Counted from the stretch's first letter, positions 10,150-20,955 are shown. The stretch: 64,000 nt of DNA from Promethearchaeota archaeon (GCA_016839765.1 JAEOTP010000015.1:32001-96000); one strand, 5' to 3'. Translations and numbers: made by a program. Notes: a model not told the origin generated them from the letters alone.

Positions 10150-11628
10150 GTGTTAAGCTTGAATGATAATAATATTGTTGATATATTTCTGAATCCTAAA
10201 TCTGTGGCGGTTATTGGAGCTTCAAAAAACATGTTAAAGGGAGGTTATCGTATTTTAAGTAATCTCGTGCTAAATAACTTCAATGGAAAAATATTTCCAG
10301 TTAATCCTAATGCGACTGGTAAATTATATGGTTTAGAATTTAAAAAGTCAGTGTTAGACATTGAAGAAGAAGTTGATATTGCTATATTTTATGTTCCAAA
10401 TCAATTAATTCCAAAATTATTAGAAGAATGTGTTAAAAAAGGCATAAAAGGAGCAATTATTGAAACTTCTGGATTTGAGGAAGTTGGTGAGAAAGGCCTT
10501 GAATTAAGTGACCAAATTTTAGAAATAACTGATACTTTTTCTAAAATAAGAATTGTTGGGCCTAATTGTATGGGCCTTACTAGAATCGATTCTGATAGTA
10601 ATAAAGAAAATAAAAGCGGCTTTTTTACTTCCTTTTTAGTATTTAATGAATATAAAAGAGGAAATATTGCTATTATAAGTCAATCAGGTATGTTAAATGG
10701 GGGATATTTTACCCATGTTGTCACCAAGTATCCAAATCTTGGTTTTAGATATATATGCTCTATTGGAAATAAAATGGATTTAAGTGAAATAGAATTTTTA
10801 GATTATTTCTTAAATGATACTGATATAAATGTTATTGCAATGTATCTTGAATCGTTTAAAGACCCTCGAAAATTCATTAATTTATGTAAAAAGGCAAAAA
10901 GTATGCCAGATAAAACAATCATTTTAGTTAAGGGAGGTTTAACTTCTCAAGGTCAGAGTTCTTCTTTAAGTCATACAGCCGCTCTTTCAGAAAACTTTAA
11001 GTTAACAGAAGGTGTGATTAAACAATCAGGAATTATTCAAGCTCGGAATTTTTTTGAATTATTTGAGTTTGCCAGGACTTTTTCTATGCTATATAAATCT
11101 AAGAAAATTTTACCAAAACGAGGATATCTTGCACAAGTTTTTGGATCAGGAGGAGCAGGAACAATTTCTGCCGATCTTACAATGCAGTATGGTTTAAAAC
11201 TTCCAATTTTGGGAGAGAAAGCATATTCTGCTCTTGTAGAATTATTTCCTCCATGGATGCCCCCAAATAAATTTGCATTTGTAGATATTTGGCCAGCTAT
11301 GGAAAAAGCTATGACTAATAGTAAAAATCCTCGGGATGTTATTCGATCTGTTTATAATATTTTATTAGAGGAACCTGAAATAGAAGGGATTTTTAACATG
11401 CTATTTTGCTCAAAGCAATTTAGAGCTGTAAATGATGTGAATAATCTGATTGATATAATATCCACCTATCCTAAACCTGTTTTTCTGTATTTGGTTGGAG
11501 AATTTGAAGAAACTCGTCAGATTTCTCAGCAACTAGGTAAAAATAATATACCTAGCTTTTCAAATTTAGAGGACATGGTAAAGAATTTCCAAATACTAAT
11601 TCAAGAATCAAAAAATAAAAGCAACTAG
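10150..11628 (+). CDS. ADP-forming acyl-CoA synthetase alpha subunit
   Basis: PKSVAVIGAS, GPNCMG, SQSG, GNKMD, SHT phospho-His. Confidence 0.88.
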   Translation: MLSLNDNNIVDIFLNPKSVAVIGASKNMLKGGYRILSNLVLNNFNGKIFPVNPNATGKLYGLEFKKSVLDIEEEVDIAIFYVPNQLIPKLLEECVKKGIKGAIIETSGFEEVGEKGLELSDQILEITDTFSKIRIVGPNCMGLTRIDSDSNKENKSGFFTSFLVFNEYKRGNIAIISQSGMLNGGYFTHVVTKYPNLGFRYICSIGNKMDLSEIEFLDYFLNDTDINVIAMYLESFKDPRKFINLCKKAKSMPDKTIILVKGGLTSQGQSSSLSHTAALSENFKLTEGVIKQSGIIQARNFFELFEFARTFSMLYKSKKILPKRGYLAQVFGSGGAGTISADLTMQYGLKLPILGEKAYSALVELFPPWMPPNKFAFVDIWPAMEKAMTNSKNPRDVIRSVYNILLEEPEIEGIFNMLFCSKQFRAVNDVNNLIDIISTYPKPVFLYLVGEFEETRQISQQLGKNNIPSFSNLEDMVKNFQILIQESKNKSN

Positions 11629-11673
11629 CTTTTCTAGAAACAAATTAATTCTATAAAAAATTATTTACCTACT

Positions 11674-12906
11674 ATGAATCTTGAAAATACTTCTTTTTAT
11701 AACTTTATAATAGTTGGAGCTGGACCAGCGGGTTTGACTGCTGGAATAGTAGCTGCTAGGAAAGGATTTTCAACAATCATATTAGAAAAAGGAAAAATTG
11801 CAGGACCAAAACCGAGAGGGGAAGGAATGGCTCATATGCCTATAGTAGACAAAATATTAGGAAAAGATTTTCTTCCTTCAATTGGATTGAAATCTAATGG
11901 TGGACGAGTTTGGCACTCCCCTGGTGATTTAAAATCCAGTACTACATATCGGGATTATCCTCACTATTTCTTTGAATGGCGTACATTCATTGATCGATTC
12001 GTAGGGGCGGCTAATGAATTAAAGGTTCCAGTCTTACTGAATAGTGAAGTAATTGAGCCTATTGAAAGAAAAAATGTAACTATAGGTGTGAAATACAGAG
12101 ATAAAGAAGGAAATGTCAAGGAAATCTATGGAAATGCGATTTTAGATTGTAGTGGTTATGAAGGAGTTATTGGAAAGAAATATGGAATATCTTATAATGA
12201 GATGAATTGCCCTATAATTAAATGTCTTATTAGTAATGCAAACTATGATCTAGAAGAACATCCTGATTTGGAATACTTCTTTATAGGTAATGGTGATTTA
12301 GATTATTCCCCAAACTTTCCTCCAAGTGTTGCTTATTTCTTCCCTTTAGATAATAAAAAAGCTGAAGTAGGTTTGATGTTGAGAATGGCACAAGTTCCCA
12401 ATATGAAAACAGTTAAAATTCCTAACGAAAATGAAATAATGAAAGTTTGGGATTCCATTAAAGCCTCATATCCAAGCTTTAGTGAATTTTTTAAAGGCGC
12501 TAATATTGATTATGAAGAACCAACCCAATTACCAAACGTTAAAATGGCAGAAATCTTTGTGCCAAATCCAGGAGTGGTGTTGATAGGTGATAGTGCAGGA
12601 TTTGTAAATCCATTTGGTTCGTCTGGACTCTACTTTTCTATGGAAATGGGTAACTTTTGGGTTAATATAATCTCAGAAAAATTGAAAAATACCAATAATG
12701 ACATAAAATACAACGAAATCTTATGGAATACTAAAAATATCAATGAATTCAATAGTAAATTTGAAAATTTTGAAGTATTTAAACAGGTACAGCATATGTA
12801 CAATCTGATTGGAGCATTTGAATATAAGATTTTCAATAGATTACGTACAGCAGAGAAAATTAATAGAAAATGGGACTATATTAAATCACTCTTAAAACAA
12901 GCATAA
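11674..12906 (+). CDS. Geranylgeranyl reductase-family FAD oxidoreductase
   Basis: GAGPAG; IGDSAGFVNPFGSSG. Confidence 0.8.
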   Translation: MNLENTSFYNFIIVGAGPAGLTAGIVAARKGFSTIILEKGKIAGPKPRGEGMAHMPIVDKILGKDFLPSIGLKSNGGRVWHSPGDLKSSTTYRDYPHYFFEWRTFIDRFVGAANELKVPVLLNSEVIEPIERKNVTIGVKYRDKEGNVKEIYGNAILDCSGYEGVIGKKYGISYNEMNCPIIKCLISNANYDLEEHPDLEYFFIGNGDLDYSPNFPPSVAYFFPLDNKKAEVGLMLRMAQVPNMKTVKIPNENEIMKVWDSIKASYPSFSEFFKGANIDYEEPTQLPNVKMAEIFVPNPGVVLIGDSAGFVNPFGSSGLYFSMEMGNFWVNIISEKLKNTNNDIKYNEILWNTKNINEFNSKFENFEVFKQVQHMYNLIGAFEYKIFNRLRTAEKINRKWDYIKSLLKQA

Positions 12907-13121
12907 TCTCATTGGGTTAAAAATAGTTCAAAAATATCATTTCTTCACAGAAGAAAGGGTGAAAGTATGATTTTTAACAATTAATAAATAATACTAATAA
13001 GAGTATGAACTATTGAGATTGTTAATTGTAGTAATTGTAGTAAAATCTTTAAATAATTTGAAACTTAATTTTGTTTAATTACTTATTTGAATAAAACACT
13101 TAAAATTGGAGAAAATTTAGA

Positions 13122-14885
13122 ATGTACCATTTAGATGGAACAGACGTTTTAGAGGCAAAATATTACAGAAAGACTTTTAGTATATGCCCAGAATGCATGG
13201 AAAGAATTCCAGCTGAAGTTTACGAAGATGATAATGAAGAGATCTGGATGAAAAAAAATTGTCTGGAACATGGCGATTTTAAAGACAAAATAAGCTCTTC
13301 CGCAAAATATTACAAATGGACTCACCATGCCATGAAAGATAAAGACGGAAACATCGTATGGCAATTCGATAAGGATGGAGAAGCTAATCCTGCTGATTGT
13401 GCACCAGAAGATCCACGAGGTTGTCCTTATAACTGTGGACTCTGTCCAGAACATAAATCTACATGCGCATTGGCTTTAATCGATTTAACTAATCGCTGTA
13501 ATTTTAACTGTAATTTCTGTTATGCTAATGTGGAAAAAGCTGGTTATTTAATTGAACCGACATTAGAAGAAATCGGACGAATTATGGACCATTTTAGAAA
13601 TAAACCACTTCCTGCCGTTGCCATCATGTTCACCGGAGGAGAACCAACCGTAAGAAAAGACTTCCCTGAAATCTGCAAGATGGCAAAGGACAAAGGATTT
13701 AAAGAGGTCATTGTAGCCACAAACGGATATGGATTCCAACGTAAGAAAGGCGGACTAGAATTTACTAAAAAATGTTGGGAAATGGGTTTAGATACCTTGT
13801 ATTTCCAATTTGATGGAATTAATGATATTACCTATGAAAAAACTCGTGGAATTAAAAATCTTATGGCATATAAGCAAAGAGTCATAGATAACTGTCGAAA
13901 GGCAGGTCTTAGTTCCGTTGTTTTAGTCGCAACGATTGCCAAGGGTGTTACTGACATTGAGATTGGAAATATAATACAATATTCGATTGATAACATTGAC
14001 ATTGTGCGAGGTATTACTTTCCAACCGGTTTCGCTATGTGGACGGATTACAGCAGAAGAGATGGATGATCTTCGAATAACAAATGCAGATGTTTTAAAAG
14101 CAATTGAGGAACAAACTGGTGGAAAGATCAGCATGGAAAATGCATGGTATCCGCTGACAACTATAGTGGAGTTCGGCAGACTCATCGCATATTTAGCTGA
14201 AGTTGAGCCTATTGAATTTACTTGCCACCCTGATTGCGGATTTGCTACTTACATGGCGATAGATCCCGATACACATGAAATGGTTCCAATTATGGACTAT
14301 TTCGATCCGTTGAAAGTTATTGATTTTGCTAATAAATTCTGGGAAAAAATCAAACATAAAGAAAAACAGGAGATTAAATTCTTTGAAAATTTTATGGGTG
14401 ATTTTGGAAAAACACTTGATAAAGGCTTGAATTTTCTTGATAAAACTCAGCTTCGCGCCAGATTTCTTTTAGGAATATTACAATACATGAAAAAACCAGG
14501 AAAACTTATGGAGATGTTTGGTAGATTAATAATGAATGGGGATTGGGAGAGTATTAGCTCATTCAGCCATGGAACGCTCTTACTTTCAAGTATGCACTTC
14601 CAAGATGCATATAATATGGATCTCGAAAGGACAAAAAGATGTATTGTACATTTTGGAGTAGCTATGCCAGATGGAACTGTAAACGAGATTTCATTTTGTA
14701 CTATGAATACACTGCATCGTCCCAATATAGAGAAACAAGTCGCTAAAAAAATTACACAAAAAGTTAGAGACGAATTTGATACTGCAGTTGGTCAAGCCAG
14801 AAAGGACATTGAACAGGAAGTAGAGCTAGAAGTTGCTCAAAATGGTGGTATTGATAGAAATGAACTAGAAGAGGAGGAGGAATAA
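13122..14885 (+). CDS. tes: Radical SAM tetraether lipid synthase (Tes/GDGT-MAS family)
   Basis: SICPEC...CLEHG, CPYNCGLCPEH, CNFNCNFC, HPDCG, MHFQDAYNMD..R..RC..H, FCxxN. Confidence 0.85.
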   Translation: MYHLDGTDVLEAKYYRKTFSICPECMERIPAEVYEDDNEEIWMKKNCLEHGDFKDKISSSAKYYKWTHHAMKDKDGNIVWQFDKDGEANPADCAPEDPRGCPYNCGLCPEHKSTCALALIDLTNRCNFNCNFCYANVEKAGYLIEPTLEEIGRIMDHFRNKPLPAVAIMFTGGEPTVRKDFPEICKMAKDKGFKEVIVATNGYGFQRKKGGLEFTKKCWEMGLDTLYFQFDGINDITYEKTRGIKNLMAYKQRVIDNCRKAGLSSVVLVATIAKGVTDIEIGNIIQYSIDNIDIVRGITFQPVSLCGRITAEEMDDLRITNADVLKAIEEQTGGKISMENAWYPLTTIVEFGRLIAYLAEVEPIEFTCHPDCGFATYMAIDPDTHEMVPIMDYFDPLKVIDFANKFWEKIKHKEKQEIKFFENFMGDFGKTLDKGLNFLDKTQLRARFLLGILQYMKKPGKLMEMFGRLIMNGDWESISSFSHGTLLLSSMHFQDAYNMDLERTKRCIVHFGVAMPDGTVNEISFCTMNTLHRPNIEKQVAKKITQKVRDEFDTAVGQARKDIEQEVELEVAQNGGIDRNELEEEEE

Positions 14886-15173
14886 ATGCCGGAAGAAATA
14901 ATAGAAACAAAAGATGGGCTTAAACTTCGTAAACTGGCTGAATTGAAAACTTCAGCGGAAAAAGATTACGAAGATGCAATGCTTAGTCGAGTAGAATACT
15001 TCAAGAAGAAAAATGAAGAAAAAAGCGGGTTTAATAGTACTTTGCAGAACACTTTCTTTAAAGCTTTCAGTACTGCTTTAGATCTTAAGGTAAACATAGA
15101 TAAGGCCTTAGGAGAGGAAAATTTGAAGAAGATTCGTGATGTAATAGACAATATCCTCTTATTTGGCTTATAA
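14886..15173 (+). CDS. Hypothetical protein abutting tes
   Basis: ATG directly follows the tes stop (TAAATG). Confidence 0.7.
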   Translation: MPEEIIETKDGLKLRKLAELKTSAEKDYEDAMLSRVEYFKKKNEEKSGFNSTLQNTFFKAFSTALDLKVNIDKALGEENLKKIRDVIDNILLFGL

Positions 15174-15331
15174 ATTATTTTTTGAAACTTTTTTTATTTT
15201 ATTTTGATTTTTCTTTTAAACCATAATAGGAATATTTTTAATTTTATAGGATTGTTAAATTATTAAAAAAGGGGATAAACTTTCCACTTTATTTATAATT
15301 TTTAAACTAACCTATTAATGATTATAATAAT

Positions 15332-15826
15332 ATGTCTATGAATGTAATACTATATGGAGATTTGAAACATAAGGAGCAGCAAAAGACCAATAAAGACAGC
15401 AGTCCTTTAAAAATTAATATTTCAAATAGAGAAATAAATACTGTATATGATCTTTTAGATAATCTTAACATAGGAGAGAATAAAATAAGTCATATCTTCG
15501 TTAATCATAATTATTGTGGTCCTGGAAAAGAAATTAAAGAAGGAGATAGAGTTGCCTTATTTCCAAAAAGAATGGCTTTAATGTTTGTAGAAATTCCTCA
15601 ATCAAATTCAATTGAGGTTAGAGTTAAGCTTTCTGCTGATTTAAGAAAATATGGACCAGAGGAGTCTATAATAGCCATACCAGAAGGTAGCAATCTACTA
15701 AAAATATTTAAAAAATACAATATCACTAAAGAAGAAAGAAATTTAACAACATTGATAAATGGAATTGCTTGTCATGACAAACAATATATTTTAAGAAGTG
15801 GAGATGTTGTTGCATTTAAAATATAA
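15332..15826 (+). CDS. Tandem MoaD/ThiS (beta-grasp) domain protein lacking C-terminal GG
   Basis: Two units ending IKEGDRVALFP and LRSGDVVAF. Confidence 0.7.
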   Translation: MSMNVILYGDLKHKEQQKTNKDSSPLKINISNREINTVYDLLDNLNIGENKISHIFVNHNYCGPGKEIKEGDRVALFPKRMALMFVEIPQSNSIEVRVKLSADLRKYGPEESIIAIPEGSNLLKIFKKYNITKEERNLTTLINGIACHDKQYILRSGDVVAFKI

Positions 15827-15914
15827 TTCTTCTTTTGAGATTTTTTAGTATTTATCAAATTATAATTCAATTTTCCAAAGTTATTTTTGAGATAGTAATT
15901 TAAATTAGATTAAG

Positions 15915-16997
15915 ATGATTTTTAACTTCTTTACCTTATCTATTACACTTTTATTTATTGTAAATGCGTTCGCTCAATTATATTATGCAATCAAGTTAAG
16001 AAAGAATTTTTCGGAAAAACATAATATAATTAATTCAGTACTAGTATTTTTGCTTTGGATTCTTGCGGGAATATTATATCCTTTTTTTTATATAAGAGAT
16101 GATGTGTATACCAGATGGTTTCAATCATTATCAATGCAAATAATATGTATATACGCTCCGCTTCTTATTCTTTTTATATTATTTTATCAACGTCGCTTCG
16201 TTATTAAGAATAACAAGGAACTAATACATGAAAGGTCAATTGAAAATTTTTTAGAAAAAATGGATTCTGTTTATAAAGGTAAATCTGAAAATAAGAATTA
16301 TCCGTTAATCACCGATTTACATAGAAAAGCGTTTCATTTGATACCAGTCGTGGTAATTATTTTTTTGTGGTTATTTGCTGTTAAAATATGGGATGGAATA
16401 TGGGACGCAGATCTTTTTTGGGGCATAACTGGAGAGGAATACGCTATTTTTTTGATTGTAACTGTCGGATATACAGGTATACTGATATTTGCAGCATTAG
16501 ATTACGTCCGTTTATCCTACATATTTGAAAGTAGGAATATTTATCATCTAATGCCAAGTTCTATTTCAAATATCTTAGCAAAAACGTTAAAACCTAATGA
16601 AATATATGAATTTACTAAACCTGTCGCTTTAGTTTTGTCTTTTGTTCCTATTTTTTTCCTTCCTATAAGTATTTTTTCAGCAACAGCATTAATCTCTACT
16701 TTAGGTGATGGCGCAGCTTCTATTTTTGGGATACGATTTGGAAAAAAAACCTTTCCTAAAGGAAGTAAAAAAACTATAATCGGATATCTGGCTGGCTTTT
16801 TATCATCTCTAGGTTGCTCTATCATTGTGTTTTTAATTTTTGAGCCATTTATGCCTATAATTAAATTGAGCATTATTTCACTTAGTGGAGCTTTAACATT
16901 TTTGACTATAGATTTGTTAAATTTAAAAATAGATGATAATATTACCAATCCAATATTTTGTGGATTAATAATGTTCCTAGTTTTTCTTTATATTTAG
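15915..16997 (+). CDS. Dolichol/phytol kinase-family membrane protein (CTP-dependent)
   Basis: RKAFH, GDGAASIFGIRFGK, KKTIIG, IDDN. Confidence 0.85.
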   Translation: MIFNFFTLSITLLFIVNAFAQLYYAIKLRKNFSEKHNIINSVLVFLLWILAGILYPFFYIRDDVYTRWFQSLSMQIICIYAPLLILFILFYQRRFVIKNNKELIHERSIENFLEKMDSVYKGKSENKNYPLITDLHRKAFHLIPVVVIIFLWLFAVKIWDGIWDADLFWGITGEEYAIFLIVTVGYTGILIFAALDYVRLSYIFESRNIYHLMPSSISNILAKTLKPNEIYEFTKPVALVLSFVPIFFLPISIFSATALISTLGDGAASIFGIRFGKKTFPKGSKKTIIGYLAGFLSSLGCSIIVFLIFEPFMPIIKLSIISLSGALTFLTIDLLNLKIDDNITNPIFCGLIMFLVFLYI

Positions 16998-17021
16998 AAA
17001 TGACAGTTAGAATTTAATAGG

Positions 17022-19982
17022 CTAAAAAAAAGCATCTAACTTCTTAGTTTCAATCTCTTTTTTTGATCTTTTTTGATACCCTTTATATATAATCTCTTCA
17101 AATTCAATATTCAAAGCGTCCAATACCTGTTCTAGTGCTGATTGTAAAAGATCTCTATATTTTGACACATCTAAATCCTGAAATTTTGCTAATTCCAGAA
17201 CCTTCGCTCCAGTCTTGTCATTGCTTTTAATAAAACTTATTGTTTCCCCCTTTTGATACTTTTTTCCAGTGGCTTTATGATGTTCTTTAGCTGCTCTTAC
17301 ATGTTGAGGAATTACCTTATCATATCTACTAATATCTTTCTGTATACTAATATTAATAGTGTAATCTTCTAAGTTAAATGCATCAGGTTTACCTATTTTA
17401 TTTCTATTATCCTTTATAATTTCAATTATTCTCTTTCTTGCTTTCTTAAATTCCTGATCATTAGTTACATTTTTTAAGATATCCAATATCTCATTGAAAA
17501 CCTTTTTGATAAAATCCGGAGTATTTTTCTTTTTAGCCACTAATCCTTTTATATCAATATATTTCGTATCCTTATATATACCTACATAATTTTTTTTTCT
17601 CTGAGAAAGTGCTAAGAATTGGTATGTTTTTTCCTCTTCTAAATCTAAATCTAACTCTTTTTTGCTCCATTCAGATATTTCTTTCATTTGTTGTTTCGTT
17701 GGGTTCGCTAAAAACACCGAGTCTGTATCGCCATATAATACTTCTACTCCTAATTCCTCTGCTTTTTTAATAGTCTGTTTGATTGAATATTGACCTATCC
17801 CAGTAGTACTTTCAGCAACTGGTAAGCAAAACAATGGAAAGTTTTGACTACCAAAAACTCCATAGGACCCATTTATAAATACTTTAAGAGCTTGTTGAAT
17901 TGTTTGATAATAGCTCCTCTGTTTGGGAGAAGTATTTTTATCGCTTGATTTAGGTTTGAAAAATTTCACTCTAATGTCTCGGAAAAATCCTACAACATAC
18001 GCAAATATTCCCATCTTATGTGTACATATATGATAAGGTGTTCCTTTCACAAAATTATTTTTATCATCTTCATGAGGACAGAGTACAGTTTCATAAGAAA
18101 GATTAGATTCTTTAATAATAGAAGGATATAGGCTGGCAAAATCCATAACAACAACATTATAATGAATTCCGGGTACAGGTGGAACAACATAAGCTCCAAG
18201 AAATTTTTCATCATCAAATTTAGACATTAAGGCTCCACCTTTTTTTAATTCTGAGATCTCTGATCGCCTTGGAATGAGATATTCCTTTCTGCGGTGTTCA
18301 AAATAGAAGATACTCTGGATCCAAGTTGAAATTTGACGTCTAACCATTTCATGAATTGGCAATTTAGTTATCCTACACAATAAAATGATTAAATTCCACA
18401 CTAATGAATTATTGAACTGTGTCAATTCCAATGTTAAAATGGAATCTTTTAGATTGTACCACGTGAGAATATCATATTCCATTTCATAAATTTCTTCTTC
18501 ATGCTCGTATTTTTTTCTACCTAATAATGCTGCACTTATCGCATTTAGCGAAGCACTTTCATATGCTCCACCAAATGCATAACCAGAAATACTTCTATTA
18601 AAGAAAAAGTTAAATAAATCAATATGGACTCCCTTTCTGAGATCGCAATCTGATTTTGAAAGTAATCCATATCCTCTTTTTACATGTATAGGATTTAAAT
18701 CTCTATCAATTTTTAATTTGTCTGCTCGATGAGACATATAATTCAGATCAAAATTATCTCCATTAAAGGTAATTATTATCGGATATTCCCATAAAATCCT
18801 GAAAGTCTCCTCTAATAACTCCTTTTCATCTTTAAAATAGAAAAGTTGAGCATCAGAAGGAAAATCTTTATGAACTTTCCGATATGAGAAGCCCTCCCTT
18901 TCTAAAACATAAACAAACTTGAGTCCATCATTTGAAACAAATGAAACGCTAATTATCTCTTGTTTTGCGAGTTGAGGATCAGGTATAATAAAATCTTCTG
19001 GTCCTAAATTAACTTCAATGTCCATTGCTAAACGCTTCACATCGGGTATTGGTGTAAGGAAAATATTCAAAAATTTCTCAGAAAATTCTTGTATCTCTGG
19101 AGATTCATCTTTAAAAACATTTCTAAGTTCGCTAGCCATTGTTTTTGATTCTTCTGAATCTTCTTCAAAACTTATTTTCTCAATTTTTCCATTCTTAATT
19201 TTATAAATTAGTCCAGGAATTAATTGTATATCGTATATATAATTCAAGTGGTATCTAATATCTGCCTCCCAGGCTTTAATATCATTTTTACCTAAAATAT
19301 TTTTTATATTTAAACCTGAACCACCAATATTTGTAGGAGTTTTACCATAGATTTTTGAAATCTCGATTTCTTTATCACTGATCAAATCATAACGCTTTAT
19401 TTCCTCAAATCGCTTAAATCCGTCGTACTCCGTTATTTTCTTTTGTATTACATGCTCATTAATTCTTTCTTCATAGTATAAATTTTTTAATTCCGATATT
19501 GGCTCCTTACTTAAACAGTATGGTTCATGGCCAGTTGTATCAATCCAGATCCTTATTTCATCTGAATCTAGATCATAAAATTTACAATAAGCTTTATTTT
19601 GCCCACCATCATAATCAACGTCGAGCAATAATCCTCTTTCTAGATTTTGAATAAGTTCTCCTTTTTTATTCAGATAGCGTATATATTTTGAGGAAACTGA
19701 TTCACGAAATATTTTTTCCACCTTTATATTACCCTTTTTCAATCCAAAGGGTTCGGGATTTCCTTTAAAGAATAATTTCTGAGGAATTGATTTTAATTGA
19801 GACTCTTGTATTAAAATCTCTTTTTCTTCTTCAATATCATCTTTTTCAATTATTTTTTCTTCTAATGAGTCTTGTTCATAAGTTCCTTTTTCTACCTTCG
19901 GTTTATCATCAACAAATGAAATAAGAGACTTTTGCTTTTGATCTGGGGTTTTTTCCTTATCAGATTTTTTGGAGCTTGGCAA
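17022..19982 (-). CDS. polB1: Family B DNA polymerase, PolB1 type
   Basis: Exo motifs DIE, FNGDNFD, YNLKD; polymerase motifs DFASLYPS, KVFINGSYG, YGDTDS. Confidence 0.92.
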   Translation of the reverse strand: MPSSKKSDKEKTPDQKQKSLISFVDDKPKVEKGTYEQDSLEEKIIEKDDIEEEKEILIQESQLKSIPQKLFFKGNPEPFGLKKGNIKVEKIFRESVSSKYIRYLNKKGELIQNLERGLLLDVDYDGGQNKAYCKFYDLDSDEIRIWIDTTGHEPYCLSKEPISELKNLYYEERINEHVIQKKITEYDGFKRFEEIKRYDLISDKEIEISKIYGKTPTNIGGSGLNIKNILGKNDIKAWEADIRYHLNYIYDIQLIPGLIYKIKNGKIEKISFEEDSEESKTMASELRNVFKDESPEIQEFSEKFLNIFLTPIPDVKRLAMDIEVNLGPEDFIIPDPQLAKQEIISVSFVSNDGLKFVYVLEREGFSYRKVHKDFPSDAQLFYFKDEKELLEETFRILWEYPIIITFNGDNFDLNYMSHRADKLKIDRDLNPIHVKRGYGLLSKSDCDLRKGVHIDLFNFFFNRSISGYAFGGAYESASLNAISAALLGRKKYEHEEEIYEMEYDILTWYNLKDSILTLELTQFNNSLVWNLIILLCRITKLPIHEMVRRQISTWIQSIFYFEHRRKEYLIPRRSEISELKKGGALMSKFDDEKFLGAYVVPPVPGIHYNVVVMDFASLYPSIIKESNLSYETVLCPHEDDKNNFVKGTPYHICTHKMGIFAYVVGFFRDIRVKFFKPKSSDKNTSPKQRSYYQTIQQALKVFINGSYGVFGSQNFPLFCLPVAESTTGIGQYSIKQTIKKAEELGVEVLYGDTDSVFLANPTKQQMKEISEWSKKELDLDLEEEKTYQFLALSQRKKNYVGIYKDTKYIDIKGLVAKKKNTPDFIKKVFNEILDILKNVTNDQEFKKARKRIIEIIKDNRNKIGKPDAFNLEDYTINISIQKDISRYDKVIPQHVRAAKEHHKATGKKYQKGETISFIKSNDKTGAKVLELAKFQDLDVSKYRDLLQSALEQVLDALNIEFEEIIYKGYQKRSKKEIETKKLDAFF

Positions 19983-20197
19983 AATAATTACCTTTTAAAA
20001 ATTAAATTTAACTTTCTAATTAATAATATTATAATATTCATTATAATCTCAACTATTTTTAATTTAATAACCATATATAAGGATAGGGACTAATAAAAAC
20101 CATTAATAAAGTGAATAACATTCAAAGAAATTCTAATTAATAATAATAATGTAACTAATTTATTGAAAAATAAGAAGCATTATTTTATCTTTGAAAT

Positions 20198-20545
20198 TTA
20201 TTGACTCGTTCTATTTTCTTTAATAATCTTCTTTATCTCTTCTAAAAGGAGTTGTTTTTCAGCAATAAACCAATGTAATTTTGATTTTTCAGGGTGTTCT
20301 TGATGAATTGTTTCAGCAAGCTTTCTAATTTCTTCCTCAAGGGGTTTAATAACTTCTCCATTCACATCATCCCTAATTAACAACACCAAATTATCAGTTT
20401 CGAGGGGTTTAATATCATATCCATTCTTTACATTTTTATTTATTGTAACACATAATTCGGCAAGAAACCAAACGCTTTTTTCATAACCTTCATGTGATTT
20501 ATATCTTTGAAACGCCAATACTTCTACATCTTCTTTTGTGAACAA
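20198..20545 (-). CDS. Hypothetical protein with two copies of a DUF2934-like helical motif
   Basis: VEVLAFQRY...VWFLAE and IRKLAETIH...HWFIAEKQL. Confidence 0.6.
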   Translation of the reverse strand: MFTKEDVEVLAFQRYKSHEGYEKSVWFLAELCVTINKNVKNGYDIKPLETDNLVLLIRDDVNGEVIKPLEEEIRKLAETIHQEHPEKSKLHWFIAEKQLLLEEIKKIIKENRTSQ

Positions 20546-20716
20546 TTTTTTTTAAACAACTCCTTCATTAAATAATTTAAACGTTAATCTTATTATCAAA
20601 AAAGAAAGTTTTACATTTAATTATTTGTATTGAGATTTATAAGCTGTTAAAACCACAAAATTAAAAATTCATTGTATTTTAATAGTATTATTAGAGTATA
20701 ATTATTTTCAAATTAA

Positions 20717-20847
20717 GCCTCCGTGGCTTAGTGGTAGAGCAGCAGACTGTGAATGATTAAAGCTTTCTCTCTGCACTTGTAATCTGCCGGTCGTGGGTTC
20801 AAGTATTCAGAGCGTTTGGTTCTGAGTTGAAATTCCCACCGGGGGCT
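20717..20847 (+). tRNA. tRNA-Thr(UGU) with two introns: 20748-20776 at 32/33 and 20804-20833 at 59/60
   Basis: Acceptor GCCTCCG/CGGGGGC, U73; spliced anticodon arm GCAGA-CTTGTAA-TCTGC; spliced T arm GTGGG-TTCAAGT-CCCAC; BHB/BHL geometry at both introns; no encoded CCA. Confidence 0.9.
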
Positions 20848-20955
20848 TTCTTAATTTACTACTCCTTCTAACCAAATATTTTAAAGAAAGCCTTAAATCA
20901 AGTAATATTATAAATCTTTAAGTTAATATTTAGATCAAACCTTTAAATCTCGAAA

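Noticed and set aside
17022-19982. Intein in PolB1
   Set aside because: No intein splice motifs; extra length is a charged N-terminal extension
20742-20787. tRNA-His(GUG) with a canonical 37/38 intron
   Set aside because: The required central helix (CTGT/CTTG) does not pair; U73 and lack of G-1 fit Thr
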